64,000 nucleotides of DNA from Eledone cirrhosa (lineage: Eukaryota), in the NCBI GenBank assembly GCA_964016885.1, contig OZ024762.1:23746001-23810000 (forward strand). The letters are read 5' to 3'. The notes beneath the pieces are model-generated. The model was not told the DNA's origin. It searched no databases and saw nothing but the letters and a program-made list of their open reading frames with translations. The position numbers and the translations under genes were made by a program. This document shows, one piece after another, positions 1 to 11,803 of this stretch (positions are counted from its first letter, which is position 1; every line of letters begins with the position of its first letter).

Positions 1-992
1 TCTCTCAATTCAGAGATTCTTTCCTGAGACATTCTAACCACATGTCCATAGTAGCAGAGGTGTGATCTCTCAATTCAGAGATTCTTTCCTGAGACATTCT
101 AACCACATGTCCAGAGTATCAGAGGTGTGATCTCTCAATTCAGAGATTCTTTCCTGAGACATTCTAACCACATGTCCAGAGTATCAGAGGTGTGATCTCT
201 CAATTCAGAGATTCTTTCCTGAGACATTCTAACCACATGTCCAGAGTATCAGAGGTGTGATCTCTCAATTCAGAGATTCTTTCCTGAGACATTCTAACCA
301 CATGTCCATAGTAGCAGAGGTGTGATCTCTCAATTCAGAGATTCTTTCCTGAGACATTCTAACCACATGTCCAGAGTATCAGAGGTGTGATCTCTCAATT
401 CAGAGATTCTTTCCTGAGACATTCTAACCACATGTCCAGAGTATCAGAGGTGTGATCTCTCAATTCAGAGATTCTTTCCTGAGACATTCTAACCACATGT
501 CCAGAGTATCAGAGGTGTGATCTCTCAATTCAGAGATTCTTTCCTGAGACATTCTAACCACATGTCCATAGTAGCAGAGGTGTGATCTCTCAATTCAGAG
601 ATTCTTTCCTGAGACATTCTAACCACATGTCCAGAGTATCAGAGGTGTGATCTCTCAATTCAGAGATTCTTTCCTGAGACATTCTAACCACATGTCCAGA
701 GTATCAGAGGTGTGATCTCTCAATTCAGAGATTCTTTCCTGAGACATTCTAACCACATGTCCATAGTAGCAGAGGTGTGATCTCTCAATTCAGAGATTCT
801 TTCCTGAGACATTCTAACCACATGTCCATAGTAGCAGAGGTGTGATCTCTCAATTCAGAGATTCTTTCCTGAGACATTCTAACCACATGTCCAGAGTATC
901 AGAGGTGTGATCTCTCAATTCAAAGATTCTTTCCCGAGACATTCTAACCACATGTCTGTAGTATCAGAGCTGTGATCTCTCAATTCGGAGAA
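1..992. repeat. 65-bp minisatellite (~15 units, truncated by window start) derived from an RTE LINE ORF C-terminus
   Basis: Unit TCTCTCAATTCAGAGATTCTTTCCTGAGACATTCTAACCACATGTCCA(T/G)AGTA(G/T)CAGAGGTGTGA recurs at 1, 66, 131 and so on. The reverse strand translates to IERS..YGHVVRMSQERI, an RTE C-terminal motif. Confidence 0.95.
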
Positions 993-1298
993 GTTGCTTT
1001 TGCCGACTTATAAAACAATAAATCTATTTAAAAATTATAAAAAACAAAACAAACACAAATCTTTTAGATGCAGTGCCGTCTAGCGACAGTTTGGATAACT
1101 AACTTGGACAGGAAGGCGGGAAGGAAGTAGAGAGAGAAAGAGAGATGACAAGAAGTGGTCAGAGCGGTCAAAAATAAACAGTAACTTGTGAACTAGAAGT
1201 AGTCTTTTTTGCTGAGTAATCCACCATTTGTCAGATTAAACATTTAAGCACTGGTTAATTGGAGGAGGAGGGGGGTAATTAACTAACCTAGGAAACCA

Positions 1299-1339
1299 GT
1301 GTATGTGTGTGTATATATATGTATGTGTGTATATATATA

Positions 1340-1394
<55 letters not shown>

Positions 1395-1414
1395 GTGTAT
1401 GGTGTGTGTCTATG

Positions 1415-1448
<34 letters not shown>

Positions 1449-1478
1449 TATGTATATATATATATATATATATATGTC

Positions 1479-1526
<48 letters not shown>

Positions 1527-1968
1527 GGCATATATATATATATATATATATATGCAGGCATACATACATATATACACACAGACTTACATATATATATATA
1601 TAATCTGCAAGGTGTTACGACCGGCAGATAGTATTAGCAATGGGAACGGACCCCCCCCCCCCACACACACACACCACCACCACCACCACCACCATCACCA
1701 CCATCACCACCACCACCACCACACAGTACTTTTTTCTTATTTTGCCGCCTCAGAACTTCGTTAACTTAGTTCTAGTAAAGTGTGTGTGTATATATATTTA
1801 TATATATATTTGTGTGTGTGTCTGTCTGTATGTATGTGTGCAGATGTGTGTGTGTGTGTATATGAATATGTGCTGGTGTGCAGGTGTGTGTGTGTATGTG
1901 AATACGTGCTGGTGTGCAGGTGTGTGTATGTGAATATGTGCTGGTGTGCAGGTGTGTGTGTGTGTGTG
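1299..1968. repeat. Compound (TA)n/(TG)n/(CAC)n microsatellites
   Basis: Directly visible simple repeats. Confidence 0.9.
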
Positions 1969-2316
1969 GTTTAAGAGCGGAATGACTGTGAAAAATATAA
2001 GCGTGCTTCACAAAAGCTTTTGGGATAAGGGTGGGGAGGGTGAGCAAGAAAGAGAGAGAGAGAGAGAGAGGGAGAGAGAAAGAGATAAGAAAGAGAGAGA
2101 CGGTGTTTGTGTGCGTGTTTTTGTGTAAAAGCGTGTCTGGAGTTGTTCAGTTGGTAGCTGTTTAAATAAACGTAGATAATAGAACAAAAGCAGACGATAT
2201 GTGAATGAGAACCTATTAAAAGACTTGTTACCTCTCACTGTCTGCTTTTGTGGTTAAATAGTATAAAGCTGACATTCACCGACACCACTACGTGTGTATA
2301 TATGTGTATATATATA

Positions 2317-2366
<50 letters not shown>

Positions 2367-2532
2367 TTAAAATAACAGATTAAAGTTTAAGCAAAGAATC
2401 GCTGCTTTCACCCTTAACAGGATCTTCTGTAACTAATTTAATATTTGATCTAGGGTTCTTATATATCTGATATATATTTATCCTTATCGAGCCCTCTTTC
2501 GATTTTAGTCTTCACATTTATTATTATTACCA

Positions 2533-2683
2533 TTTCCAGCATAGTTACGTCCCTTTACGGACTGAGTTCAAATCCCGCCGAGGTTAACTTTGCCTTTCAT
2601 CCTTACGGGGTCGATAAAATAAAGTACCAGTAATACACTGGGATAATTGCTGACCTTGTGCCAAAAGTAGAAACAATTATTAT

Positions 2684-2684
<1 letters not shown>
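2533..2684 (+). mobile_element. tRNA-derived SINE (family S1), 5'-truncated
   Basis: GAGTTCAAATCCC B-box, GCCTTTCATCCTTACGGGGTCGATAAAATAAAGTACCAG core and GTGCCAAAAGTAGAAACAATTA tail, shared with more than 10 copies in the window. Confidence 0.85.
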
Positions 2685-2731
<47 letters not shown>

Positions 2732-2733
<2 letters not shown>

Positions 2734-2839
2734 CGAAGGAAATGTGGTAAGGAACCAGGTGGACCATAACGCACCAAAGTACTCAATACTTAGGGTAGTA
2801 GAGTGGGTAATAGGAACGAGTAGGACCTACTCGTTCCTA
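2732..2839 (-). mobile_element. Short TA-embedded element family A (PLE pLTR-like), 3' part ending in a hairpin
   Basis: Reverse complement of the 57870-57993 element; ends in the palindrome TAGGAACGAGTAGG-A-CCTACTCGTTCCTA; flanked by (TA)n. Confidence 0.75.
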
Positions 2840-3349
2840 TATATATATATATACATATATAATTACATAAACGGAGAAAGCTATTAGCGATACTCCGATC
2901 AATTTCCAACTCACTCAACAAACATTAGGAAATACCGGAGTATATTCCCAATTAAACGTTTGGGTGCTAACTATATTGTATTGTGTGGATAATCGGCTGT
3001 ATTATTTTATATGAGATATATTAAAATCTCATTCCCCATACGATCGTTTCATTATAAGATTTCTACATGGTGGGTGAAATTTTACCAAGTTATGTAGAAG
3101 CTTGCATAAGATCAATAGATTCTCTTTCAAGTGGGCCCTTATAAATCTTCAGTGGCTGCCCAATAATATTAATAACTAAATCAACATTAATATTTAGATA
3201 TTATCTCCATCAGTGCTAGAAAGAGCTGCCTAGGTTGTATGTCCAGCAGTTCTAAAGAAAATTTCACACTGTCCCCAAATGGAAGGGGGAGGTCATCGCG
3301 AAAAATAAAATAATATACACGCAGGTATATATATATATACAATTAAACT

Positions 3350-3420
3350 TTCATTCTGATAAGCGATTTCAAACGTCTGTGTTGAGCTCGTCTGTCTGCG
3401 TGAAACCTTTGGTAAATGGA
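3350..3420 (+). ncRNA. Type I hammerhead ribozyme fold, one core change (CUGAUAA), family C element
   Basis: TTCATT-CTGATAA-gcg...cgt-GAAA-CC-ttt-GG-TA-AATGGA. The same GAAACCTTTGGTA 3' half recurs at ~26860. Confidence 0.6.
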
Positions 3421-3606
3421 ATAATTGTATTATGTTGTTTATTACATAATTAAATAGCTCTGTAGCTTACATAGAGCACTCTCCTTTCCTTTACCTTTCC
3501 TACAGAAATCCTTTATATATATATATATATATATATACACAGAAATAGCCGTCGAAACGGCTTGAGCTCTGCAGTCGGGGTCATACTTTTTCCTATATAT
3601 ATATAA

Positions 3607-3767
3607 TTGTTTCTACTATTGGCACAAGGCCAGCAATTACCCAGTGCATTACTGGTACTTTATTTTATTAACCTCGGCGGGATTTGAACACAGACCATAA
3701 AGGGCCATAACTCTATGCTGTAAAGCATGGTGTCTGACGCTCTACCGATGCTGCCAATTCACCGCCC
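3607..3767 (-). mobile_element. SINE S1 with internal deletion
   Basis: Reverse complement of S1 head (GGGCGGTGAATTGGCAG) and tail. Confidence 0.8.
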
Positions 3768-3917
3768 TAATGCGTAGAAATATCCATGATCCCCGGCAGA
3801 TAACTGATGAAGGAAAATTGTCTCACGTTCAAGCTTTCCTCTTATTTATAAGTACACCTTATCCAGCAACTACGCAGTCCCTGTTTCTTCTTATATATAT
3901 AATATATATATATATAT

Positions 3918-4115
3918 AACGAAGGAAGTGTGGTAAGAAACCAGGTGGACCATAACGCACCAGAGTACTCGATACTTAGGGTAGTAGAGTAGGTAATAGG
4001 AAAAGAGTCAGGACCTCGACGGCTGAGCTCCGGCCGTTTCGACAGCTAGATCTGAACTGTTCAGGTCTAGCTGTCGAAACGGCTGGAGCTCAGCCGTCGG
4101 CATCCTGACTCTTTT

Positions 4116-4119
<4 letters not shown>
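3918..4119. mobile_element. Family A element with fold-back inverted repeat
   Basis: Minus-strand copy joined to an inverted plus-strand partial copy, centred at ~4058; both ends in (TA)n. Confidence 0.8.
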
Positions 4120-4155
<36 letters not shown>

Positions 4156-4193
4156 AGGAAGTTATAGTTCACTTGAAGCATTGTGTAATGAGG

Positions 4194-4591
4194 TATAAAC
4201 GTTTGTATTTGTAAAGCCAAGACAATGCAGGTATGGACATAGAATAAAGAATGCAAATGCAAAAGATATTGTTGACAATTAGTCTTTTACCTTAGATTTA
4301 TTTAAATGTCCTTAATTTTTTAGATAATATCTCTTCTTCGGAGGGAAGTAAAGCGGTTAAACCAGTGTTCTAAATAGCTTGCCAAGTCATGCTTGGCAAG
4401 TATGACTTGGCAAGCTATTTAGAACACTGGTTTAACCGCTTTACTTCCCTCCGAAGAAGAGATATTATCTCGAAAACTAAAGACATTTAAATAAATCTAA
4501 GGTAAAAGACTAATTGTCAACAATATCTTTTGCATTTGCATTCTTTATTCTCTGTCCATACCTGCATTGTCTTGGCTTTACAAATACAAAC

Positions 4592-4598
<7 letters not shown>
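4194..4598. repeat. ~400-bp near-perfect palindrome (arms ~200 bp) with degenerate hammerhead-like core
   Basis: TATAAACGTTTGTATTTG... pairs with ...CAAATACAAACGTTTATA, centre ~4396. CCGAAGA-agagat att atctc-GAAA at 4451-4475. Confidence 0.85.
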
Positions 4599-4622
<24 letters not shown>

Positions 4623-4706
4623 AGTTTATCCTGGGTTCAATTGGGGGTAACCACAGTAAGTAAGGAACTCAATACGTAGTAGAGTATGAATATTTAATAT
4701 AGAAAT

Positions 4707-4757
4707 GGCTTCTACAGGACTAGAACTGTTTCATTCCGGAGAAATTATCAGGAAGCC
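4707..4757 (-). ncRNA. Type I hammerhead fold, family B (core CUGAUAA)
   Basis: Minus strand reads GGCTTC-CTGATAA-tttctccggaat-GAAA-CAG ttctagtc CTG-TA-GAAGCC. Confidence 0.65.
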
Positions 4758-5036
4758 CGACTGTCTAAACAATATGGTGGTATTTATACATATTATGGTG
4801 GTAGGAGAGGGTGGTAATTGGGATGGGTGGAGGTCATTGGTTGATGGATTTAAAGAAAAGGGAATTCTTTAAAAGTTATATTTAGAGTAACAATGGCAGA
4901 AAAAAAATTTCAGCTATATATATATATATATATAAATTAATAAAAATAATGAATAAAAACAAAGAAACAGTTCCTTATATTAAAAAAATTATATATAATG
5001 ATATTAAATAAAGGGAAACTATGTTTATAAAACCAT

Positions 5037-5100
5037 ATTTATTCTATTATATACATTTCAAGGGTATCAATATTTTGGTACGCTATCATCAGATAAAATA
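5037..5100 (-). ncRNA. Minimal type I hammerhead fold
   Basis: Minus strand reads TATTTTAT-CTGATGA-(imperfect stem agcgtaccaa/ttgataccct)-GAAA-T gtat A-TA-ATAGAATA. Confidence 0.6.
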
Positions 5101-6455
5101 CGAAGTGTGTTTTATAAATTTTGACATTACCAAGGAAAATATACCTTAACGGTTCAAGTTTTGCTTGGATAGTGAAGGGATAAGAGAAGAAAATTCAGAT
5201 ATTTCAAATTATTAAGATGAGTATGCAAATGAGGTTTATGTAAAAGGCTGAAAAAAACCGTTATTTTAGACGCTATGGAGAATTTAAATAATTATAAGTT
5301 TTTGTATGCATAGGAAAGAAGAGAAAGGAAGGAGAGCTAGCATTTACGTTAATTTTGGGGAAAAAAGTGGAATATGATTCCAGAGTTTAAATTTATATTA
5401 TGAGTTATAATATTGTATATATAATCAATTAGATTATATGAAGAATTATGGTTGTAAGTATGTTTATCTTATTTAAATAATTGCGTATGTATTAGTATTA
5501 TAAAGATAGAAATAATTTACAATTATTAGTTGTTTATATATCAAATATGAGTTACGAAGGAAGTTGATTTTGTATTTTACTTAAAAAATAGGTGGTTCAA
5601 GTTGTGAGAGTAGAACAATTTGTGGATTCAAAAATTTTGAAAATGTTTTCAGAATATTGTTAATTTAGCAAGGTTATATAGATTATCACACATAATATGT
5701 TTATGTTTGCACGATTGAGAAAGGAAAGACAACTTCAATTTTGTTTGTTAACCGTTAAATTTGATGAGTGATTTACTCCAAAATATATAGAGAAAATTAT
5801 ATATTATTTTGTGTGAGATCAATTATTTTAGTCGAAAGATGTTTGAATAACAAAAAGAGAGGAAAAACGTAATGTGCTTTTCGAAGAACTATCGTAGAGA
5901 GGATACATTTTCAGGATGTCATTTAAAGATTATCAATCTACATAAAAAAAAAATATATTTAGAGGGGTGTCATTAGAAAAATAATGTCAGAATTAAAAAT
6001 AATGTCAGAATTAAAATAATGTTAAAAACTGTTGAGTGCTCTGAATGAGTTATAAACATTTAGATTTGTTGAATTACCAAGAAATTGAATATCCCTTCTG
6101 CTTATATATATATACGGACGCTATTTTTTCTCTCTCTGCTCAATGGCCTTCGTTCGTGCTGGCACTATTCTCTAAGCGCTCATATATTCACCTAGCTTAC
6201 GCTAACAGAATAATTTTTGAAGCTTGTTTCTCTCCCACGGTATGCTATATTTTCTGTTGTTCTCCTGTCTCACTCGCTTTACGCGTTTTAATTGTCCTAA
6301 TAACTTATTTTGGTTATTATTGCACCGAAGTGAGATATATGATTTTTAATGCAATGAAATATCTATGATCTTCGGCAAATCACTGATGAGGGACGTATTT
6401 TATTACATGTTACCATGTGCTACCTGCAGTATTTTTCTCTCTATTTTTCTCTATA

Positions 6456-6500
<45 letters not shown>

Positions 6501-6520
6501 ATATGCATGTATCTATATGC

Positions 6521-6886
6521 GCGGGGGACATAGAAATAATCGCGTTGGATACCCGATCGCACGGTTAAACCACTGGGTGTGAAGGACCCCTAGCCTTTGT
6601 CAGGGCGTTCTTCTAGGAGAAGGTAACTCGGGAAACTGGGATAACTCCGATATAAAACCTGCGGCTCAGTAGTTACCGATGATGTTGATCTTTTCTTCTT
6701 TTCGGGTTACAGCTACTGTCGCTCAGAGAGTGGGATTGGCTCAGTGCACAGTCTTTCCTCACTTTAAAAAAATATCTTCACGCACAGGCATTGTTCGATA
6801 GCATTAATTGATCATTATTAACAATGTTATATCGTGCAATGGCCATACTCGATAACGAGGGGGCAGCCATCATCATCATCATCATT
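6521..6886 (+). mobile_element. RTE-derived non-autonomous element related to the 13-21 kb family, (CAT)n tail
   Basis: Shares GACCCCTAGCCTTTGTCA..CTAGGAGAAGG, GAGAGTGGGA.TGGC..CTCACT..CTTCACG-CACAGGCATTG and TGGCC.TACTCGA.AACGAG..GGCAGCCA with 20711-21317. Confidence 0.75.
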
Positions 6887-6889
6887 ATA

Positions 6890-7016
6890 TGTCCCTTTAT
6901 GATCTGAGTTCAAATCCCGCCGAGGTTAACTTTGCCTTTCATCCTTACGGGGGTCGATAAAATAAAGTACCAGTAATGTACTGGGTAATTGCTGGCCTTG
7001 TGCCTAAAATAGAAAC

Positions 7017-7020
<4 letters not shown>
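6890..7020 (+). mobile_element. SINE S1, 5'-truncated
   Basis: B-box, core and tail. Confidence 0.85.
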
Positions 7021-7065
<45 letters not shown>

Positions 7066-7071
<6 letters not shown>

Positions 7072-7276
7072 TTTAATATAGATGAGATTCTACAGGACTA
7101 GAACTGTTTCATTCTTTAGAAATCATTAGGAATCTCAGGAATCAGATTCCTGATGATTTCTAAAGAATGAAACAGTTCTAGTCCTGTAGAATCTGATCTA
7201 TATTAAAACTTGTATACTCTGCAATGTATTGAGTACCTTACTTACTGTGGTTACCTCCGATTCAACCCGGAATAAC

Positions 7277-7278
<2 letters not shown>
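7066..7278. mobile_element. Family B element with inverted partial copy (PLE pLTR-like)
   Basis: 7066-7136 is the reverse complement of ~7142-7211. The downstream part matches 4623-4700 (reversed) and 21600-21661. Flanked by (TA)n. Confidence 0.8.
7141..7197 (+). ncRNA. Type I hammerhead ribozyme, canonical core; predicted cleavage after GUA at 7188
   Basis: Stem I ATCAGATTC/GAATCTGAT (9 bp), CTGATGA 7150-7156, stem II TTCT-aa-AGAA closed by U.U, GAAA 7169-7172, stem III CAG/CTG with CTAG-containing loop, then UA. Confidence 0.8.
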
Positions 7279-7310
<32 letters not shown>

Positions 7311-7669
7311 GAGATGACAAGATAATGAATGGAAACAAAACAAATCGAAAAGAAATGTTTGTGTGGTCATCAGCAGTAAGATGGACATTGGCAGTTTCGA
7401 TCCCTAGAAACGGTACTTCTGGTCCCTCCGGGGTCGCAGTGTCTGACATAAGCCAAACGCTGTCCAGTGGAGTAATAGACGAAAGACAAAACATTACAGA
7501 GAGATTTCAAAATAAACAAGAACACAAGGATGCAATAACACGAAGTTTTATTAGTTTGACGCTGGCTGGAAAACGAGAATGAATGTTTCAATGTTTCGGG
7601 CGTTAGTCATTCGTCAAGAAGAGGCAAAGTTCAGAGAAAGAATTTGGAAATGAAATAATTTACAATATA

Positions 7670-7800
7670 TCCTGCCGATATAGCTTTGCTTTTCATCCTT
7701 ACGGGGTCGATAAATAAAGTACCAGTAATGCAATGGAGTCGATTTAATCGACTTTTCCCTCCCAAAAGATTGTTCGCCTTGTGCCAAAAGTAGAAATCAA
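7670..7800 (+). mobile_element. SINE S1 fragment (long-tail variant)
   Basis: Core and tail present. Confidence 0.75.
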
Positions 7801-8189
7801 TAATTTTCTTCCACAATTTCTTTAATCATTATCAAACATATGTTCACTAAATTTAGGTGAGTTTGGTCTGATTGTGTCCCGCCTCTCTCTCCCCCTCTCT
7901 CTCTATAGTCCCTCCTTCCTCTCTCTCTATAGCCCCTCCCTCTCTCTATATATATATATAGCCATACATATATATTCTTTTACTGGTTTCATTCATTAGA
8001 CACCCACAGATGTGTGTGTACATACATACATACACATATATGCATACATATATGTGTGTGTGTATATATATATGTATATATATTATATGTATGTGTGTGT
8101 GTATATAAATATATATATATATTATGTGTGTGTATATAAATATATATATATATTATGTGTGTGTGTGTATATATAAATAAATATATATA

Positions 8190-8220
<31 letters not shown>

Positions 8221-8255
8221 CGTGTGTTTATGTATATAAATCAATAAATAAATAA

Positions 8256-8303
<48 letters not shown>

Positions 8304-8594
8304 GCAGATAGCATTAAATTAATTCAATTAAATTAAAACTAATCAGAAATTAATGACCTGGTTTATTCGAGTATAAATAAATAAAGAACAAACAAATAAA
8401 CAAACAAACAAATAAATAAACAAACAAACAAATAAAATAATAAACGATTACACAAAGAAATAAAATAATCCCTGAAAAACAACCACAACAACAATAACAT
8501 CAATAATAAAATACTGATCCAATCCCCAACCAACACCACTGCCGCTCTTGCATCCAACCTCCGTCTAATTCCTTTCAAGCTCTCGATAACAAAC

Positions 8595-8630
<36 letters not shown>

Positions 8631-9214
8631 TAATACTAATAATAATACTATTAATAATAATGTAGTAGTATTGTTATTAGTATTCTCATTTTTATTTATT
8701 TATTATTATTATTATTATTACTATTATTGTTATCGTAATGATAGTGAAATAAATAATAATGCTACAACTAATAATGCTTCCTTTTTTTGCCGTACCAATG
8801 TGTTACCATCACACCAACACGCCACCCATCCATCATATTATTACTACTACTACTAATAATAATAATAATAAGAGCAAACGAATCAATAAGGTCAAGTAGA
8901 CAGGCAATCCGGGGTTATGTTTAAAGAACTGATCATGGATTTTTCTCAGGTTTTTGTCACGGCCTATAAAAGATTACGATGAATCAGTGAATAATTTATT
9001 GTATTTTGAGATAAGATGCAGCCTTGGCTTCGTTTGGCTTGGCTTGATATGGCTGTGGCTTGGCTGGGGTGGGTATGGCTGGATTGGGTTGGGTTGGGTT
9101 GGGTTGGGTTGGTATGGCTGTGGTTGTGTGGTAAAGAAGCTGAGCTAGCTCTTCGCTTCGACATCAAACGGTTGGTTTATCTTATATATAGTGTATGTGT
9201 CTGTGCATAGAACA

Positions 9215-9263
<49 letters not shown>

Positions 9264-9283
9264 AGAATATAAAAGAAAAGCGA

Positions 9284-9335
<52 letters not shown>

Positions 9336-9505
9336 GAATATAAAAGAAAAGCGAACAGATATATATATATATATGTGTTCAAATCGTAAGGGACCAGATT
9401 CCCTAAGGTGAAAACAATACTAACTATAGACAATAGGGTTCACTTGTCTCAATTTAAGAAAAAAATTAAGAAAATAAATACAAACCAGAATTGGGGTAAC
9501 TACCA

Positions 9506-9580
9506 ATCACCCAGACAACTTGTTGTTTGGCAAATTAAATTGTGAATAAAAATACTAATGCAAGCTCATCAGTGGGTGAT
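9506..9580 (-). ncRNA. Type I hammerhead fold with G12-to-C change
   Basis: Minus strand reads ATCACCCA-CTGATGA-gc...gc-CAAA-CAAC aa GTTG-TC-TGGGTGAT, with an 8-bp perfect stem I. Confidence 0.7.
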
Positions 9581-9739
9581 AAATTAGTATCCTAGACACA
9601 TCTATGTATGCTATATATAAAAAATAAAACAGCGCACATGGCATCCTAGCGAGTCTCACAAACCCACACCACTAAAAATAGCAGCCAGGTTTACTCGACA
9701 TTAGAAATAGCTCAACAAATTAACGGAGCCGAATATATC

Positions 9740-9823
9740 AAAGGTATATATTGAGTTAGGAACTCAAAATAGTCTCTTACAACATGTTGTAAGAGACTAT
9801 TTTGAGTTCCTAACTCAATTTAT

Positions 9824-9830
<7 letters not shown>
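9740..9830. repeat. Spacerless palindrome, ~45-bp arms
   Basis: ATTGAGTTAGGAACTCAAAATAGTCTCTTACAACA|TGTTGTAAGAGACTATTTTGAGTTCCTAACTCAAT. Confidence 0.9.
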
Positions 9831-9863
<33 letters not shown>

Positions 9864-9901
9864 GAAAGATTTGAATGGATACAGTTTAGTTGAAAGGAAT
9901 T

Positions 9902-10020
9902 TATTGACACGTGTTTCTATAACAGTTACATAACCTGAAAACAGCTGCTATCTACAAAGTATTAGTTATGCAGACATTCAATATTTCAATGTTATTATTT
10001 ACTGTCATTCCATCGGAATA
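9902..10020 (-). ncRNA. Degenerate hammerhead fold with long stem II
   Basis: Minus strand reads TATT-CCGATGG-aatgacagt...actgttata-GAAAC ACGT GTC-AATA, with a palindromic stem III. Confidence 0.5.
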
Positions 10021-10175
10021 ATATTACTGAGGATCTGTTTGGTTTTTATAGAGAATATTAGGAGGGAGGGGTGAAGTTGTTAGAAGAATAGTTGAGGGAG
10101 TGGTTTTTTTTGATAGCAGTGAGAATTTTTGGTGGCAGTGAGTAATTATATTACAACACAACGGAAAATACGGTA

Positions 10176-10229
<54 letters not shown>

Positions 10230-10230
<1 letters not shown>

Positions 10231-10465
10231 GGTGTAGGATGCTCAAAGCGTCCGTAAGCGGTAGGCCGTTTGAGCCCTCGATGCTCTTATAGAGCAGAGA
10301 ATAATATCACATAAGAAACGGAGAATCAGTGGTGCGACGAATAACATTTATTAGACACATTAAAATCGTTTCTCTGGCGACCAGCTCGAAGCACGCACGA
10401 TCGATGCATTGATCGAGCCTCGAGCTGGTCGACAGAGAAACAATTTTAATATGTCCCTTTCTTAT

Positions 10466-10470
<5 letters not shown>
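10230..10470. mobile_element. TA-flanked element with nested inverted repeats
   Basis: ATATCACATAAGAAA / TTTCTTATGTGATAT and TTAAAAT.GTTTCTCTG.CGACCAGCTCGA / TCGAGCTGGTCGACAGAGAAACAATTTTAA. Confidence 0.6.
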
Positions 10471-10526
<56 letters not shown>

Positions 10527-10553
10527 TAGAACAGAGCAGAATAGAATATATAT

Positions 10554-10740
10554 GAGTCAGGATCCCGACGGCTGAACTCCGGCGGTTTCGACAGTTAGAT
10601 CCGAACTGGATCTAACTGTCGAAACGGCCGGAGCTCAGCCGTCGGGGTCCTGACTCTTTTGCTATTACCCACTCTACTATCCTAAGTATCGAATACTCTG
10701 ATGCGTTACGTTCCACCTGCTATATTACCATACCTTTGTT
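10554..10740. mobile_element. Family A element with fold-back
   Basis: Inverted arms centred at ~10605, then the family A 3' portion, then (TA)n. Confidence 0.8.
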
Positions 10741-10768
10741 TTATATATATATATATATGTATATGTAT

Positions 10769-10849
<81 letters not shown>

Positions 10850-11009
10850 ATATATAAGATCAAAAGATGGTTAAAAGAGTTCCATGTATTTTATTATGCG
10901 CATTTCAAAAACAAATATGTAAAAACATTTGCGTTTTCGTCAGATAAAATAGGGAGACATGATATGAAGGTTAAAACACACTTGTGAATAGTACAGTTTC
11001 AAATCAACA

Positions 11010-11186
11010 TATATATATATATAAGTATATATATGTATGTCTATATATATAATATATATATATATGTATATATATGTATGTCTATATATATAGTATATAT
11101 ATGTATATATATATATGTATGTCTATATATATAGTATATATATGTATATATATATATGTATATGTATATATATATATATGTATATG

Positions 11187-11233
<47 letters not shown>

Positions 11234-11310
11234 GTATATATATGTATATATATATATATGTATATATATGTATATATATATATATGTATATATATACATA
11301 TGTATATATG

Positions 11311-11341
<31 letters not shown>

Positions 11342-11768
11342 GTATATATGTATATATATATATATATGTATATATATATGTATATATGTATATGTATATA
11401 TATATGTATATATATATGTATATGTATATATATGTATATGTATATATATGTGTATGTATATGTATGTGTATGTATATGTATATATATATATATGTATATA
11501 TATGTATATGTATATATATATATATGTATATATATGTATATGTATATATATATATATGTATATATATGTATATGTATATATATATATATGTATATATATG
11601 TATATATATATATATGTATGTATATGTATATGTATATGTATATATATGTATATGTATATGTAGGTATATGTATATATATATATATGTATGTATATGTATA
11701 TGTAGGTATATGTATATGTAGGTATATGTATATATATATATATGTATGTATATGTATATATATCTATG

Positions 11769-11803
<35 letters not shown>

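Noticed and set aside
7370-7415. Permuted hammerhead on the minus strand (GAAAC..GTC..CTGATGA), plus isolated CTGATGA at 3804 and 6383
   Set aside because: Stems do not pair convincingly or GAAA is missing; not counted.
8880-9020. TATAAAA at ~8965 as a promoter
   Set aside because: No linked gene or transcript evidence; the motif is expected by chance in AT-rich DNA.
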